Assembly: GCA_038063755.1 (NCBI GenBank)
Contig: JBBTUL010000008.1
Coordinates: forward strand, 17,910 to 81,909
DNA from: Patescibacteria group bacterium
Lineage (GTDB): Bacteria > Patescibacteriota > Minisyncoccia > UBA6257 > 2-01-FULL-56-20
Direction: 5' to 3'
DNA: 64,000 nucleotides
The translations under genes and the position numbers were made by a program. The notes beneath the pieces are model-generated. The model did no database searches. It was not told the origin of the DNA and saw only the letters and a program-made list of their open reading frames with translations. Below, one piece after another: positions 25,459-34,163 of the stretch; position 1 is the stretch's first letter, and each line of letters starts with the position of its first letter.

Positions 25459-27195
25459 ATGCCAACATCTGAAAATAAAGTTTGTCAGAATTGCAAAGGA
25501 TCGTTCTTGATAGACGCTCAAGATTTTGATTTTTACAAAAAAATTGATGTGCCGCCGCCGACATTTTGCCCGGAGTGCCGCAGGCAGAGGCGGTTTGCAT
25601 GGAGAAACGAAAGGACCTTGCACAAGAGGGAATGCGATCTTTGCCATAAAGGTCTTATAGCCCTGTACCCGGCCGGAACCACTTTTCCGGTCTATTGCAG
25701 TACCTGTTGGTTTTCGGATAAGTGGGACCCGCTGTCTTACGGCACTGCCTTCGATGTGTCGAAATCCTTCTTCCAACAGTTCAAGGAACTCAGCGCTCGG
25801 GCTCCGCGCTTGGCGCTATGGGTCCAGCAATGCACCAATTCCGATTACACCAACCAGTCCTATGCAAATAAAAATGTCTATCTTTCTTTCGCGCTGAGGG
25901 ACTCCGAGGATACGGCCTATTGCGCCAGAATGACTCAGGGCAAACAATGTCTTGACTGTACGTACACTTATCACTCAGAACTTCTTTACGAATGCTTGTA
26001 TGCCGACAAATGTTATCGCGGGCGTTGCTTGGAAGAAACAGAATCCTGCGTCGAAAGTGGATTCCTTTCCAACTCTCGTAATTGTCAGCAGTGTTTTGGG
26101 GGCATCAACCTGCGCTCGGCGTCCCATGTGTTTTTTGGCGAACAACTTACTAAAGAGGAATACGCCAATCGAATCAAAGACCTGAACCTTGGCAGCCGGA
26201 AGACCCAAGAAGAACTTAGTCGCCGCTTCGCGGAACTGAAATCGAAAGGCATATTCCGTTACGCGAACCTTATCAATACCGTAAATACCCAGGGAGACCA
26301 TCTTTCGAACGCGAAGAACTGCTACTATGCGTTTGATGGTTTCGATCTAGAGAATGCCAGGCATTCCTCATGGACTTTCACCAGTAAGGACATTTCGGAC
26401 TGTTACGGCGCGGGAAGTTGTGAATTGACATATGAAGGTATCGGCGTGGAAGAGGTCAACAATGTGAAGTTCTGCAACGTGACCGATGGCTCCAATAACG
26501 TGCAATATGGCGACATGTGTTCGGCGTCCAGCAATCTGTTCGGTTGCGTGGGGCTTCGCAGTAAGGAATACTGCATTCTGAATAAGCAATATTCCAAAGA
26601 AGAATATCAAAAGTTGGTCCACGAGATCGTAAAACAGATGAACGATATGCCGTATCGTGACAAGAAGGGCAGAGAATACCGTTACGGGGAATTCTTTCCG
26701 GCAGAACTGTCTCCTTTTGCCTATAATGAGACAATCGCCCAAGAGAACTTTCCTCTCTCTAAGAACGAGATAGAGGCGCAGGGATATTTTTGGAGAGAGC
26801 CGGAGAAAAGGGAATACGCCGTGACTATTGCCGCCTCGGAAGTTCCGGACACGATTGCTGACGTAACCGGTTCTATCTTGGAAGAGACTATTGCCTGCGC
26901 GCACGGTGGGACTTGCAACGACCAATGTTCTTCCGCCTTCCGTATTATTCCCCAAGAACTCCAACTGTATCGCCAGATGAATATACCGTTGCCTGTTCTT
27001 TGTCCCAACTGCCGTCATTATCAGCGCTTGGCCAAGCGAAACCCTCTGAAGCTTTGGTCGCGCCAGTGTATGTGTAGCATCAAACACCCGCAGCATTCGG
27101 AAGGACGATGTCCAAATGAATTTATGACCTCTTACGCCCCCGACCGCCCCGAGATTGTGTATTGTGAAGCATGTTACCAGTCGGAAGTCGCATAA
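25459..27195 (+). CDS. Large cysteine-rich protein, paralog 2 (578 aa)
   Basis: Aligns with paralog 1 along its full length (N-terminal CQNCKGSF..DFDFYKKI.VPPPTFCPECR; twin FGCVGLR.KEYCI.N.QYSKEEY repeats; C-terminal CPNCRH...YCEACYQSEVA). Confidence 0.75.
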   Translation: MPTSENKVCQNCKGSFLIDAQDFDFYKKIDVPPPTFCPECRRQRRFAWRNERTLHKRECDLCHKGLIALYPAGTTFPVYCSTCWFSDKWDPLSYGTAFDVSKSFFQQFKELSARAPRLALWVQQCTNSDYTNQSYANKNVYLSFALRDSEDTAYCARMTQGKQCLDCTYTYHSELLYECLYADKCYRGRCLEETESCVESGFLSNSRNCQQCFGGINLRSASHVFFGEQLTKEEYANRIKDLNLGSRKTQEELSRRFAELKSKGIFRYANLINTVNTQGDHLSNAKNCYYAFDGFDLENARHSSWTFTSKDISDCYGAGSCELTYEGIGVEEVNNVKFCNVTDGSNNVQYGDMCSASSNLFGCVGLRSKEYCILNKQYSKEEYQKLVHEIVKQMNDMPYRDKKGREYRYGEFFPAELSPFAYNETIAQENFPLSKNEIEAQGYFWREPEKREYAVTIAASEVPDTIADVTGSILEETIACAHGGTCNDQCSSAFRIIPQELQLYRQMNIPLPVLCPNCRHYQRLAKRNPLKLWSRQCMCSIKHPQHSEGRCPNEFMTSYAPDRPEIVYCEACYQSEVA

Positions 27196-27260
27196 CATGC
27201 GGAATCCCGATGCGGGTCGGGGCGAACAATGCTATCAGGCGGAAGTCAGTTAAAAGCATT

Positions 27261-27788
27261 ATGGAAACTTACGGAATAAATCCAAATGTCGAGTCGCAAC
27301 CTCCGGACATTCTAGAGAGAATAAACACGGCGTTGGCAGGTTTGGGCAGTACCGCTAAATGGAAACGCGCGCCGAAATTCGAACAAGAATACAATCCCTT
27401 GCGCGGAAAGACTGTGATCATGGTAGATGATGCGCAGGGAGTTCTGGAGGCGTTTGCACCCACCCTCATGGTTGCCACGGAAGGCAAGGCCGTGCTCATT
27501 CTATTTAATGGGCAAAGTGCCGAAGAGTTGGCTGCCGAGATCCAGGCAAAGAAGGCCGATATCGTACTCCTTGATTACCATCTAAGCGAAAGCATTAAGG
27601 GTGCCGCAGTGGGCAGGAAACTACTTGGCGGAGGATTCGAAGGCAAGCTTTTCGGCTTTTCTTCCGATCCGGACACTGTTCGGGCCTTTAGGGATGCCGG
27701 CGTAAATGATTGCATTTCGAAGGAGGCAGGGTCTCCGGAAAAGTCGGTGAAGGATTTGGCTCAAAGATTAGGAACAGAGATTACTTAA
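27261..27788 (+). CDS. Stand-alone response-regulator receiver domain protein (CheY-like), with no output domain
   Basis: KTVIMVDDAQG...DIVLLDYHLSE...GFSSD...CISK: acidic pocket, phospho-acceptor Asp, S/T and K in register. The internal Met was chosen because upstream codons overlap a decayed repeat. Confidence 0.6.
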   Translation: METYGINPNVESQPPDILERINTALAGLGSTAKWKRAPKFEQEYNPLRGKTVIMVDDAQGVLEAFAPTLMVATEGKAVLILFNGQSAEELAAEIQAKKADIVLLDYHLSESIKGAAVGRKLLGGGFEGKLFGFSSDPDTVRAFRDAGVNDCISKEAGSPEKSVKDLAQRLGTEIT

Positions 27789-27798
27789 AAACCAAATA

Positions 27799-28593
27799 AT
27801 GACCATCCACTACATCGGCCTTTCTTGTTTCCTGATCGAGAACCAGGCAGGATATCGAATTCTTATTGATCCATTCAACGATGCACCAGAGTGGATTTTG
27901 GGCCCGAACTTTCCCAAAGAATTTAAAGGCGCCCCCTTTGGTGCGAATATCGTTCTTATGTCGGAACCAGATGCGGACCACGCATATGCCCCAGGCGATT
28001 GGTTGCTTAATGCCCCCAAGACGAAACCAAACAGCGATCCCTTCCCGGACCTGAATCTGCGAGGAACAGTTGTTTACGAATGGAACGGCGACACAAACAT
28101 CGCTTGGAGTTATACGGTAGACGGCGTGCATCTGGTGCATCTTGCGGACAACGCTCATGTCTTAGAACCGAAACAACTGGAGGAGATTGGGAAACCCGAC
28201 ATCCTTTTCATGTCTCCTTCGAAACCGGACCTTGCGGGCAAGGAAGATGTGACAACCATGAAGAATATCGATCTTCTCAAGCCAAGTGCGGTTATATGGG
28301 CTCATCACCTTGCCCCCAAGAATCTGCCGGACACGGGAAACGGCGATGTCCTTAGGGGGTACTTCCGAAATTACTTCCGCGAAAATGCGTCGACCAACGC
28401 AGGTTATAAGGGCGAGAGCAGTTTCATGGAACTATGCTACATTCTGGAAAATGCGACGAGGTTGAACAGGACGTATAACGGGGTAGTCCTTAAGGTTCCA
28501 ACCCTGGAGATTACCCCGGAGTTTTTGGCCCAGTCGGCGAAGCCAACTTCGTATCTTTTTGCCAGCATGCTGGCTTCATCGAGGATAGAATAA
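27799..28593 (+). CDS. MBL-fold metallo-hydrolase-like protein
   Basis: ILIDPFND...MSEPDADHAY...VHLADNAH resembles the metallo-beta-lactamase-fold metal-binding pattern; specific function unknown. Confidence 0.5.
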   Translation: MTIHYIGLSCFLIENQAGYRILIDPFNDAPEWILGPNFPKEFKGAPFGANIVLMSEPDADHAYAPGDWLLNAPKTKPNSDPFPDLNLRGTVVYEWNGDTNIAWSYTVDGVHLVHLADNAHVLEPKQLEEIGKPDILFMSPSKPDLAGKEDVTTMKNIDLLKPSAVIWAHHLAPKNLPDTGNGDVLRGYFRNYFRENASTNAGYKGESSFMELCYILENATRLNRTYNGVVLKVPTLEITPEFLAQSAKPTSYLFASMLASSRIE

Positions 28594-28812
28594 GTTCGAG
28601 GCCCTAAACCTAGATATCTTAAACAGTCCCAGCCAACCAACCTCAAGGGATACCAACGGGGTTCGAGCAGCTCTAGCTCCAGACCGACATGCGCCGCTCT
28701 TTACGATTATTATCGTGGACGAGGGGTCTTCTTGGGGCGGCTCTGATTCTATAGTGGACAATCACGCGGTTTTTGATAAACTGCAAAAAGCATTAGTAAA
28801 AAGGGGATCGAG

Positions 28813-29163
28813 ATGTTCCTACGGCTTCTACCGGATTCGTGGATTGTTCGGTTCTACCTGCGCGCAGGCGCTATCGCGGGGGATATAGCAAGTTACGCGG
28901 CTTGCGGAGACGATGCTGGAGCTTTTGACCGATGGATCAAGAAGCTTGCCAAGTGGGAGAGAGAATACGTTCGCAGGGGATACCGGACCATTTCCATGAG
29001 CGATTTTCAAAGTTATGGAGGGTACGGAGTTTCGCTTGACGGGAAAGTCCGAGCGAAGCGCGATGTCGATGAGGAGCCGATTTTTCATGCGGGAGAACTC
29101 CTTCGTATCGTGGGAAAGCTTTTCCGGGAAAAGAAAACTTCGAAAAAAGCGGTTGAGAAATAA
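28813..29163 (+). CDS. Hypothetical protein, 116 aa
   Basis: ORF followed by a terminator hairpin; no recognisable family. Confidence 0.35.
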   Translation: MFLRLLPDSWIVRFYLRAGAIAGDIASYAACGDDAGAFDRWIKKLAKWEREYVRRGYRTISMSDFQSYGGYGVSLDGKVRAKRDVDEEPIFHAGELLRIVGKLFREKKTSKKAVEK

Positions 29164-29186
29164 AGGCGAGAAAATCGCCTTTTTAT
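29163..29186 (+). terminator. Rho-independent terminator
   Basis: GGCGA-gaaaa-TCGCC plus TTTTTAT. Confidence 0.5.
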
Positions 29187-29206
29187 ATTAAAAAATCGGC
29201 GAGTAT

Positions 29207-29638
29207 TCACCGATTTTTTTTATTCTTTTTAACAAGCTCCATTTCCGGAGTGAGACAAAGCGCATCTTTCTCCTTCTTGCAGAAAGGACACTTGTACTTA
29301 ATTTCGAAGCTGAGGACGTGAGATTGCTTTCTCTCCCGCTTTCCACCTAGATATCTGTTCTCGTAATCCTCGTCGGCTGGTTCCGGCTTGCGGACCCGAA
29401 CGATTCTCCCAACCGCGCGAAACTTTTGGCTTGGGTGTTGTAAATTATGGCAATAAACAAAACGATTGAGCTGAACCGTATCTCCGAGAGAAAAAATCTT
29501 TTCTTCGACAGGTTTCTTTTCACATCTCAGGGCTTCTTTTTTGCTTGGATGACGAGTTTTACAAACTTCGCATTGGTACCAAACAATCCTCTGCACGATT
29601 TTTTTCAACTTTCCTCCGAATGTTCCAATGACCTTCAC
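29207..29638 (-). CDS. Hypothetical small zinc-ribbon-like protein, 143 aa
   Basis: Two Cys clusters (CEVCK..C, CPFCKKEKDALC); K-rich; convergent with the upstream gene. Confidence 0.4.
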   Translation of the reverse strand: MKVIGTFGGKLKKIVQRIVWYQCEVCKTRHPSKKEALRCEKKPVEEKIFSLGDTVQLNRFVYCHNLQHPSQKFRAVGRIVRVRKPEPADEDYENRYLGGKRERKQSHVLSFEIKYKCPFCKKEKDALCLTPEMELVKKNKKNR

Positions 29639-29708
29639 ATATTATATCAAAGGGCGAGAAGAAGCCAAATAACGAAAGCCGCTTTGACAAATGTGTTTTC
29701 CGAGTAGC

Positions 29709-30206
29709 ATGATGAAAGAAGTTCGCGTCGTGTTTGAAAGAGGGGATATGGCGACGGAAAAGAGGCTTGCCGATCTAAGGGCTGGTTTTTCGAGGCACCC
29801 GTCTGTCGTGGCGGGCGATGCCTCGCTTCAAGCGCTTTCGGAGGGGTACGCCGAAATTGAGATGGTCGTTTCGGAGAACATGCTTGTAGTGGGCGACCTT
29901 CCTCCCGGACTTTTTGCGCAGGGAGGTTTTGTAATCGGGGTGCTCCCGAACTTCGCAGGAGTTTATGCGGCGATGACTCTTATACAGGGGCACGCGCTTC
30001 TTGTGGCAGTAGACGGAGTTCGAGTGATGAGGCCATCCCTTGCGGGGGAGAAGCTTCGAGCGAGTGCGCACGCCGAACGTGATCCGAAAAACAACGACAA
30101 CATCAGCGTCTCGTGGACTGTCGAGTCGGTCGAGGGCGGTGAGGTGAAAGCGGTAGGATACTTCACCTATCGAACGAAGCGATCAGACAGAATCGGTAGG
30201 CACTAA
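29709..30206 (+). CDS. Hypothetical protein, possibly hotdog-fold-like
   Basis: ORF with a plausible internal Met start; weak resemblance only. Confidence 0.35.
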   Translation: MMKEVRVVFERGDMATEKRLADLRAGFSRHPSVVAGDASLQALSEGYAEIEMVVSENMLVVGDLPPGLFAQGGFVIGVLPNFAGVYAAMTLIQGHALLVAVDGVRVMRPSLAGEKLRASAHAERDPKNNDNISVSWTVESVEGGEVKAVGYFTYRTKRSDRIGRH

Positions 30207-30215
30207 GAGACAGAA

Positions 30216-30240
30216 CCCGGCACAAGCCCGGGTTTTTATT
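30216..30240 (+). terminator. Rho-independent terminator
   Basis: ACCCGG-cacaag-CCCGGGT plus TTTTTATTT. Confidence 0.65.
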
Positions 30241-30296
30241 TGTATAAACCAGTTTTTACCACAGTGGGCCGTAGAAGAAAAGCTTCATAAGGGCGG

Positions 30297-30324
30297 TTGA
30301 CGAAATCCACCCCTTCTATATACT
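30297..30324 (+). promoter_or_regulatory. Promoter for the rplJ-rplL unit
   Basis: TTGACG, 16-nt spacer, TATACT. Confidence 0.45.
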
Positions 30325-30470
30325 AGACAGGTATTCTTAAGACCGTAGGCGGCCTAGAGAAATGGGCATAAGCACCTACCGAGGACTTTGCCGGAAGCAT
30401 TCTGGCGCGGTCTTGTGGAGCACAAGCCGTTTTTATTTCGGCAAAAGGTCGATACGCGAAAAATGAAAGA
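30325..30470 (+). promoter_or_regulatory. Structured 5' leader of rplJ, a likely L10(L12)4 autoregulatory leader
   Basis: ~145-nt untranslated leader with hairpins and an attenuator-like CTTGTG-gag-CACAAG plus CCGTTTTTATTT just before the start codon. It has the position and architecture of the L10 leader; the sequence-level match is not verifiable here. Confidence 0.4.
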
Positions 30471-30995
30471 ATGAAAACAAAAGCACAAAAGCAAAGTGAG
30501 CTGAAAGACGCAGAAGCACTCTTGAAGAACAGTAAGAGTCTGCTTTTTGCAGATTTTGGTTCAGTGTCGGCAGAGAGCCTGCGTATGCTTCGAAGAGAGG
30601 TTTCCGCAAACGGCGGATCATTTTTGGTTTTAAAGAAGCGCCTTTTAAACGTGCTCTTGAAATCAAAAGGAATCGAATATGACGTGCGCGAATTCTTCGG
30701 TCCGGTTGGAACAGTTTTCGTCTCGACGGATACGCAAAGTTCGAGCGCGGCACTTTTCCGATTTTTCAGAGATCTCGCCGGGACGGACGTAAAGGCCCGC
30801 GAGGTGAATGTAAAGAAGATTCTTGGCGGGTACGATCTCGAAGGAAAGGCAGTTATGGCTCGTGACGAAGTAATGATGCTTGGCACGTTGCCTCCGCGAG
30901 AAGTGCTCCTGGGTCAACTTTTGGGTACGCTTGCCGGTCCCATTCGCTCATTTTTGTATGTCTTGAGCGAACAGTCGAAAAAGGTCGCGAACTAA
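30471..30995 (+). CDS. rplJ: 50S ribosomal protein L10
   Basis: uL10 fold pattern, directly upstream of rplL. Confidence 0.9.
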   Translation: MKTKAQKQSELKDAEALLKNSKSLLFADFGSVSAESLRMLRREVSANGGSFLVLKKRLLNVLLKSKGIEYDVREFFGPVGTVFVSTDTQSSSAALFRFFRDLAGTDVKAREVNVKKILGGYDLEGKAVMARDEVMMLGTLPPREVLLGQLLGTLAGPIRSFLYVLSEQSKKVAN

Positions 30996-31013
30996 AAACA
31001 CACAATTACTACT

Positions 31014-31373
31014 ATGTCAGACAAATTCAACGATATTATCTCGAAAATAGAAACCCTCTCGGCGCTCGAGCTCTCCGAGCTCGTCCATGTCCTTGAGGAG
31101 AAGTTCGGCATTTCTGCGGCGGCTCCAGTTGCAGCAGCAGCGAGCGCGCCGGTAGAAGAGAAGACAAGTTTTAACGTTTTCTTGAAGGCAGCAGGGGAGC
31201 AGAAGTTGAATGTCATCAAGGCGGTCCGCGAAGCAACCGGTCTCGGCCTCAAGGAGGCAAAGGATTTGGTTGATGGCGCTCCGAAGATGGTGAAGGAGGG
31301 AATGAAGAAAGAAGAAGCAGATGAGCTCAAGAATAAGCTTGAAGGAGCAGGGGCGACCGTTGAGATTCAGTAA
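31014..31373 (+). CDS. rplL: 50S ribosomal protein L7/L12
   Basis: N-terminal dimerisation helix, Ala/Pro hinge [13 protein letters not shown]-terminal [28 protein letters not shown]. Confidence 0.96.
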   Translation: MSDKFNDIISKIETLSALELSELVHVLEEKFGISAAAPVAAAASAPVEEKTSFNVFLKAAGEQKLNVIKAVREATGLGLKEAKDLVDGAPKMVKEGMKKEEADELKNKLEGAGATVEIQ

Positions 31374-31398
31374 CCCCCAAGAGGGTTTGACCGTAAAA

Positions 31399-31427
31399 AG
31401 CGTCTCGACTTTTGGCGAGGCGCTTTT
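31399..31427 (+). terminator. Rho-independent terminator after rplL
   Basis: GCGTCTCG-acttttgg-CGAGGCGC (one G-U pair) plus TTTTTG. Confidence 0.55.
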
Positions 31428-31525
31428 TGTTTGACAAGCACCATGTTTGATGATAAAAACATCACAGCATCGGAAAAGCAATCTCCGCGGAAAAAGTTCC
31501 CCGGAGAACAAAAAGGAGCGAGAGA

Positions 31526-31936
31526 GTGAAGTCCAAAAAAAACATTCTCGTCGGGTTATGTTTTCTGCTTGGGTGTTTCGCAATTTCGATTGGGGACGCC
31601 GCGCGCCAGTCTTTGGTTCGTGCGTCTGGGGATGAGCAAGTGGTGAGCGTTCTTGGACTCGTGATTTTGGCTGTCGTTGGTATTCTTTTGTGGCTTTATT
31701 CTGCAGGCGATTATCTCTTTGCGGGTTGCGAGTTAACCGATATTCTCACCATCACCGCGTCAGGAGGGTGTCTCATCATTTTTTCATTCCTTTTCGGCAT
31801 CGGAGCTGCTCCGTTTACAAGGTTTGGTTTTATGCCTTGGACGTGGGCAACTCCGTGGGATTTTCTACTTATCCTCGGACTTGTCCCGATGATTTTCGTG
31901 GTGCACGACCTTATCGTGGATTCGAAAAAGAGGTAG
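31526..31936 (+). CDS. Hypothetical membrane protein with an N-terminal signal/TM segment, 136 aa
   Basis: GTG start 7 nt after a GGAGCGAGAG Shine-Dalgarno; several hydrophobic helices. Confidence 0.5.
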   Translation: MKSKKNILVGLCFLLGCFAISIGDAARQSLVRASGDEQVVSVLGLVILAVVGILLWLYSAGDYLFAGCELTDILTITASGGCLIIFSFLFGIGAAPFTRFGFMPWTWATPWDFLLILGLVPMIFVVHDLIVDSKKR

Positions 31937-31941
31937 CGACG

Positions 31942-32088
31942 ATGAATGGCGTGCAGGCGTTAACGGCAGGGATTATCCTAGGTGTTTTATATATTGGGGC
32001 GCACCTCATCTCTTCTTGGCTGTTTTCTCGAAGGAGGAAGAGTGACGGCCCGATACCCGGTCTGCCTATCGAAAGAAATATGAAGTAG
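31942..32088 (+). CDS. Possible small single-TM protein, 48 aa
   Basis: AAGAGG Shine-Dalgarno 6 nt before the ATG; hydrophobic helix then a basic tail. Confidence 0.25.
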   Translation: MNGVQALTAGIILGVLYIGAHLISSWLFSRRRKSDGPIPGLPIERNMK

Positions 32089-32225
32089 TCTTGAGAGTAC
32101 TACGCCGCCAGGCAAAAATCGCTTGGCGCTTTTTATTTTTTGCTTTACATCGTGAAAACAAGGTGTTAGAAATAAATCAGCATAAAACAGTTTTCACCGC
32201 CTCAAGGGCAAAAGGGAAGCGCGAA

Positions 32226-32759
32226 ATGAATATCGGCGACCAGCTTTTGAGTGAAGGCCCGCTTGAATTATGCGGGAGGTCCATGAGGGAATATGGCGAA
32301 ATAATTCGGGCTGGGATGCTTTGGAAAGACCGCCGTGCGATGGAGAAGATTGACTACGCGGTAAAGCATCTTGTGATCCGGCTTCTTCGATCGGAGGATC
32401 GGGAAGAGCTCCTTAAGGCCTACGATGATCTGCGGCGTTTGATTCCGTGGAGGTACGAGGCTTTGGCAGGGGATTACTGGGTTCGCTGGCGCACATGTGC
32501 TGATCTCATTGATTTTCATCTGCAAGCTCTCGTAACCAGGGATCAGGAAGCCGCCGCGCGGATGAAATATGCGCCCGAAGTCCTGCAGCTGGTTGGAAGC
32601 GAACCCCGCCTTAGCAGGGCGGCGATTGCGAGGAGGCTAAGCGTAAGCCCCATCGTTCTTAGCCGCGTCCTTAGCATTCTTGAGGCAAACGGACTTATCG
32701 AGCGAGGAAGCCACATGGGGAGACGCGTTTATCTTCTTGCCAATCGTTCGAGGCAATAG
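32226..32759 (+). CDS. Winged-helix (MarR-like) transcriptional regulator
   Basis: C-terminal LSRAAIARRLSVSPIVLSRVLSILEANGLIER...RRVYLL is a wHTH. The internal Met was chosen as start. Confidence 0.55.
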   Translation: MNIGDQLLSEGPLELCGRSMREYGEIIRAGMLWKDRRAMEKIDYAVKHLVIRLLRSEDREELLKAYDDLRRLIPWRYEALAGDYWVRWRTCADLIDFHLQALVTRDQEAAARMKYAPEVLQLVGSEPRLSRAAIARRLSVSPIVLSRVLSILEANGLIERGSHMGRRVYLLANRSRQ

Positions 32760-32873
32760 TCTCCAGGGCAGTACACCGCCAGGCGAAAGCCACTCGGCGG
32801 TTTTTATTTTTTTGGTGCATCTGGCGGAAAGGGAATGGTGTAAGGCGCCGCTTTTCAAGGCAAAAAGCATATG

Positions 32874-32901
32874 TTGACAAAAACATACAGTATGCTATAA
32901 T
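32874..32901 (+). promoter_or_regulatory. Near-consensus sigma70 promoter
   Basis: TTGACA, 16-nt spacer, TATAAT, followed by a GCGGGG-aaacaa-CCCCGC 5' UTR hairpin and a GGAGG Shine-Dalgarno. Confidence 0.6.
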
Positions 32902-32962
32902 GTGCACTAGCAACCATTAACGCGGGGAAACAACCCCGCACCTACTTGAGGAGGAAGAGGCG

Positions 32963-33289
32963 ATGACGATCGAGTTGATCCTGTTCGTGGCGGTGATTTT
33001 GGTGGGTGCGGTGCTCTTTCACTTTGCGAACCGGATCCTCGATTGGATCGTTCGCATGCTGACGCCGACCCAGATCCCACCGGCCCCTCGGCCCGGCAAG
33101 CCGTGCCAGGTCTGGCACCGCAAGGCCTGGCGATCGGCGGCTGTCGTCGCCGAGCGCGGTGGGAAATTCGTCATCCGCCTCGCGGGGTGGGGCGGCGACT
33201 ACTTCGTGCGGCGAGCGGCGCACAACGTGCGCACCGTCGTGATCACCAGATCGTCCGATGGGGCGATCACCGGGTGGCCGGAGAACTAG
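32963..33289 (+). CDS. Hypothetical small membrane-anchored protein (108 aa) in a conspicuously GC-rich segment
   Basis: Strong promoter and Shine-Dalgarno; N-terminal TM helix then a Pro/Arg/Gly/Trp-rich soluble part. Codon usage visibly differs from neighbours (GC-rich third positions). Confidence 0.5.
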   Translation: MTIELILFVAVILVGAVLFHFANRILDWIVRMLTPTQIPPAPRPGKPCQVWHRKAWRSAAVVAERGGKFVIRLAGWGGDYFVRRAAHNVRTVVITRSSDGAITGWPEN

Positions 33290-33415
33290 GCAACATCATC
33301 GAGGCCCTGCAAACGCGGGGCCTCAAACACATTTATGTGTTGATTAGAAAACCGAACTCTTATATATTGGGTATTGGAACAAAGAAGGAATATCTAAATT
33401 TGGTTGCACCCTTAG

Positions 33416-33448
33416 CCCTGCCTACCGGCAGGCAGGCGGTAGGCAGGG
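33416..33448. repeat. Perfect 12-bp inverted repeat (hairpin) just upstream of tRNA-Val
   Basis: CCCTGCCTACCG-gcaggcagg-CGGTAGGCAGGG. Confidence 0.6.
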
Positions 33449-33488
33449 CGGTCAGTGGGCATTGTTTTTCACCCTCCCACCAATTTAC

Positions 33489-33563
33489 GGACCCGTAGCT
33501 CAGTGGTAGAGCGTCCCGTTCACATCGGAAAGGTCACAGGTTCGATCCCTGTCGGGTCCACCA
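33489..33563 (+). tRNA. tRNA-Val(CAC)
   Basis: Acceptor GGACCCG/CGGGTCC, D-arm GCTC-AGTGGTA-GAGC, anticodon loop TTCACAT, T-arm ACAGG-TTCGATC-CCTGT, CCA encoded. One C-A mismatch in the anticodon stem. Confidence 0.75.
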
Positions 33564-33655
33564 GTTCTAGGAAAAGTCATTGAATATCTGAAGCGAGCCA
33601 AGCCAAATCATTATCAAGCACCCGTTCAAGCGAAAGTAGTTAAAGATTTTTAATT

Positions 33656-34162
33656 ATGACAAAATACGACGCAACAACAAAAGACAACAAGTGTATTTTC
33701 TGCGAGATTTCCGCTGGGAATATCAAAACAGCAGGCTTATTTTGGGAGGATAAAGAATTTATGGCCTGGCTCGCTGTCGACCCAAATACAAAGGGTTTTT
33801 CGTGCGTCATTCCAAAGCAACATTTTGGGAGCGATGTTTTGAAAATGCCAGACAATGTTTTGCAAAGATTTATAATCGCTTCCAAAAAAGTAGCGAATAT
33901 TTTGGAAAATTATTTTGACGATGTTGGACGAGTTGGATTGATGATGGAAGGGACAGGAATTGACCACGCGCACATTAAACTTGTTCCGCTTCACGGAACA
34001 GAAAACTTAAAGAAAGGTATTTGGAAGCAAGTTTTGAGTGGAAAAGAATTTTGGTTCGATAAATACGAGGGCTGGGTTTCTTCGGGAAGCGGGCCAATGG
34101 CTGACCCCGAAGAATTAAAAAAACTTGCTTCCGAGATTATGAGGAGCCAAAAGCAAAAATAA
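33656..34162 (+). CDS. HIT-family (histidine triad) hydrolase
   Basis: GIDHAHIKLVP is the HxHxHxx triad; N-terminal CIFCEI. Confidence 0.75.
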   Translation: MTKYDATTKDNKCIFCEISAGNIKTAGLFWEDKEFMAWLAVDPNTKGFSCVIPKQHFGSDVLKMPDNVLQRFIIASKKVANILENYFDDVGRVGLMMEGTGIDHAHIKLVPLHGTENLKKGIWKQVLSGKEFWFDKYEGWVSSGSGPMADPEELKKLASEIMRSQKQK

Positions 34163-34163
34163 A

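Noticed and set aside
31690-32088. 132-aa ORF overlapping the end of the 31526-31936 membrane-protein gene.
   Set aside because: It overlaps the better-supported upstream gene in another frame. Only its last 48 codons have a Shine-Dalgarno and a hydrophobic helix, and that part is kept as a low-confidence small ORF.
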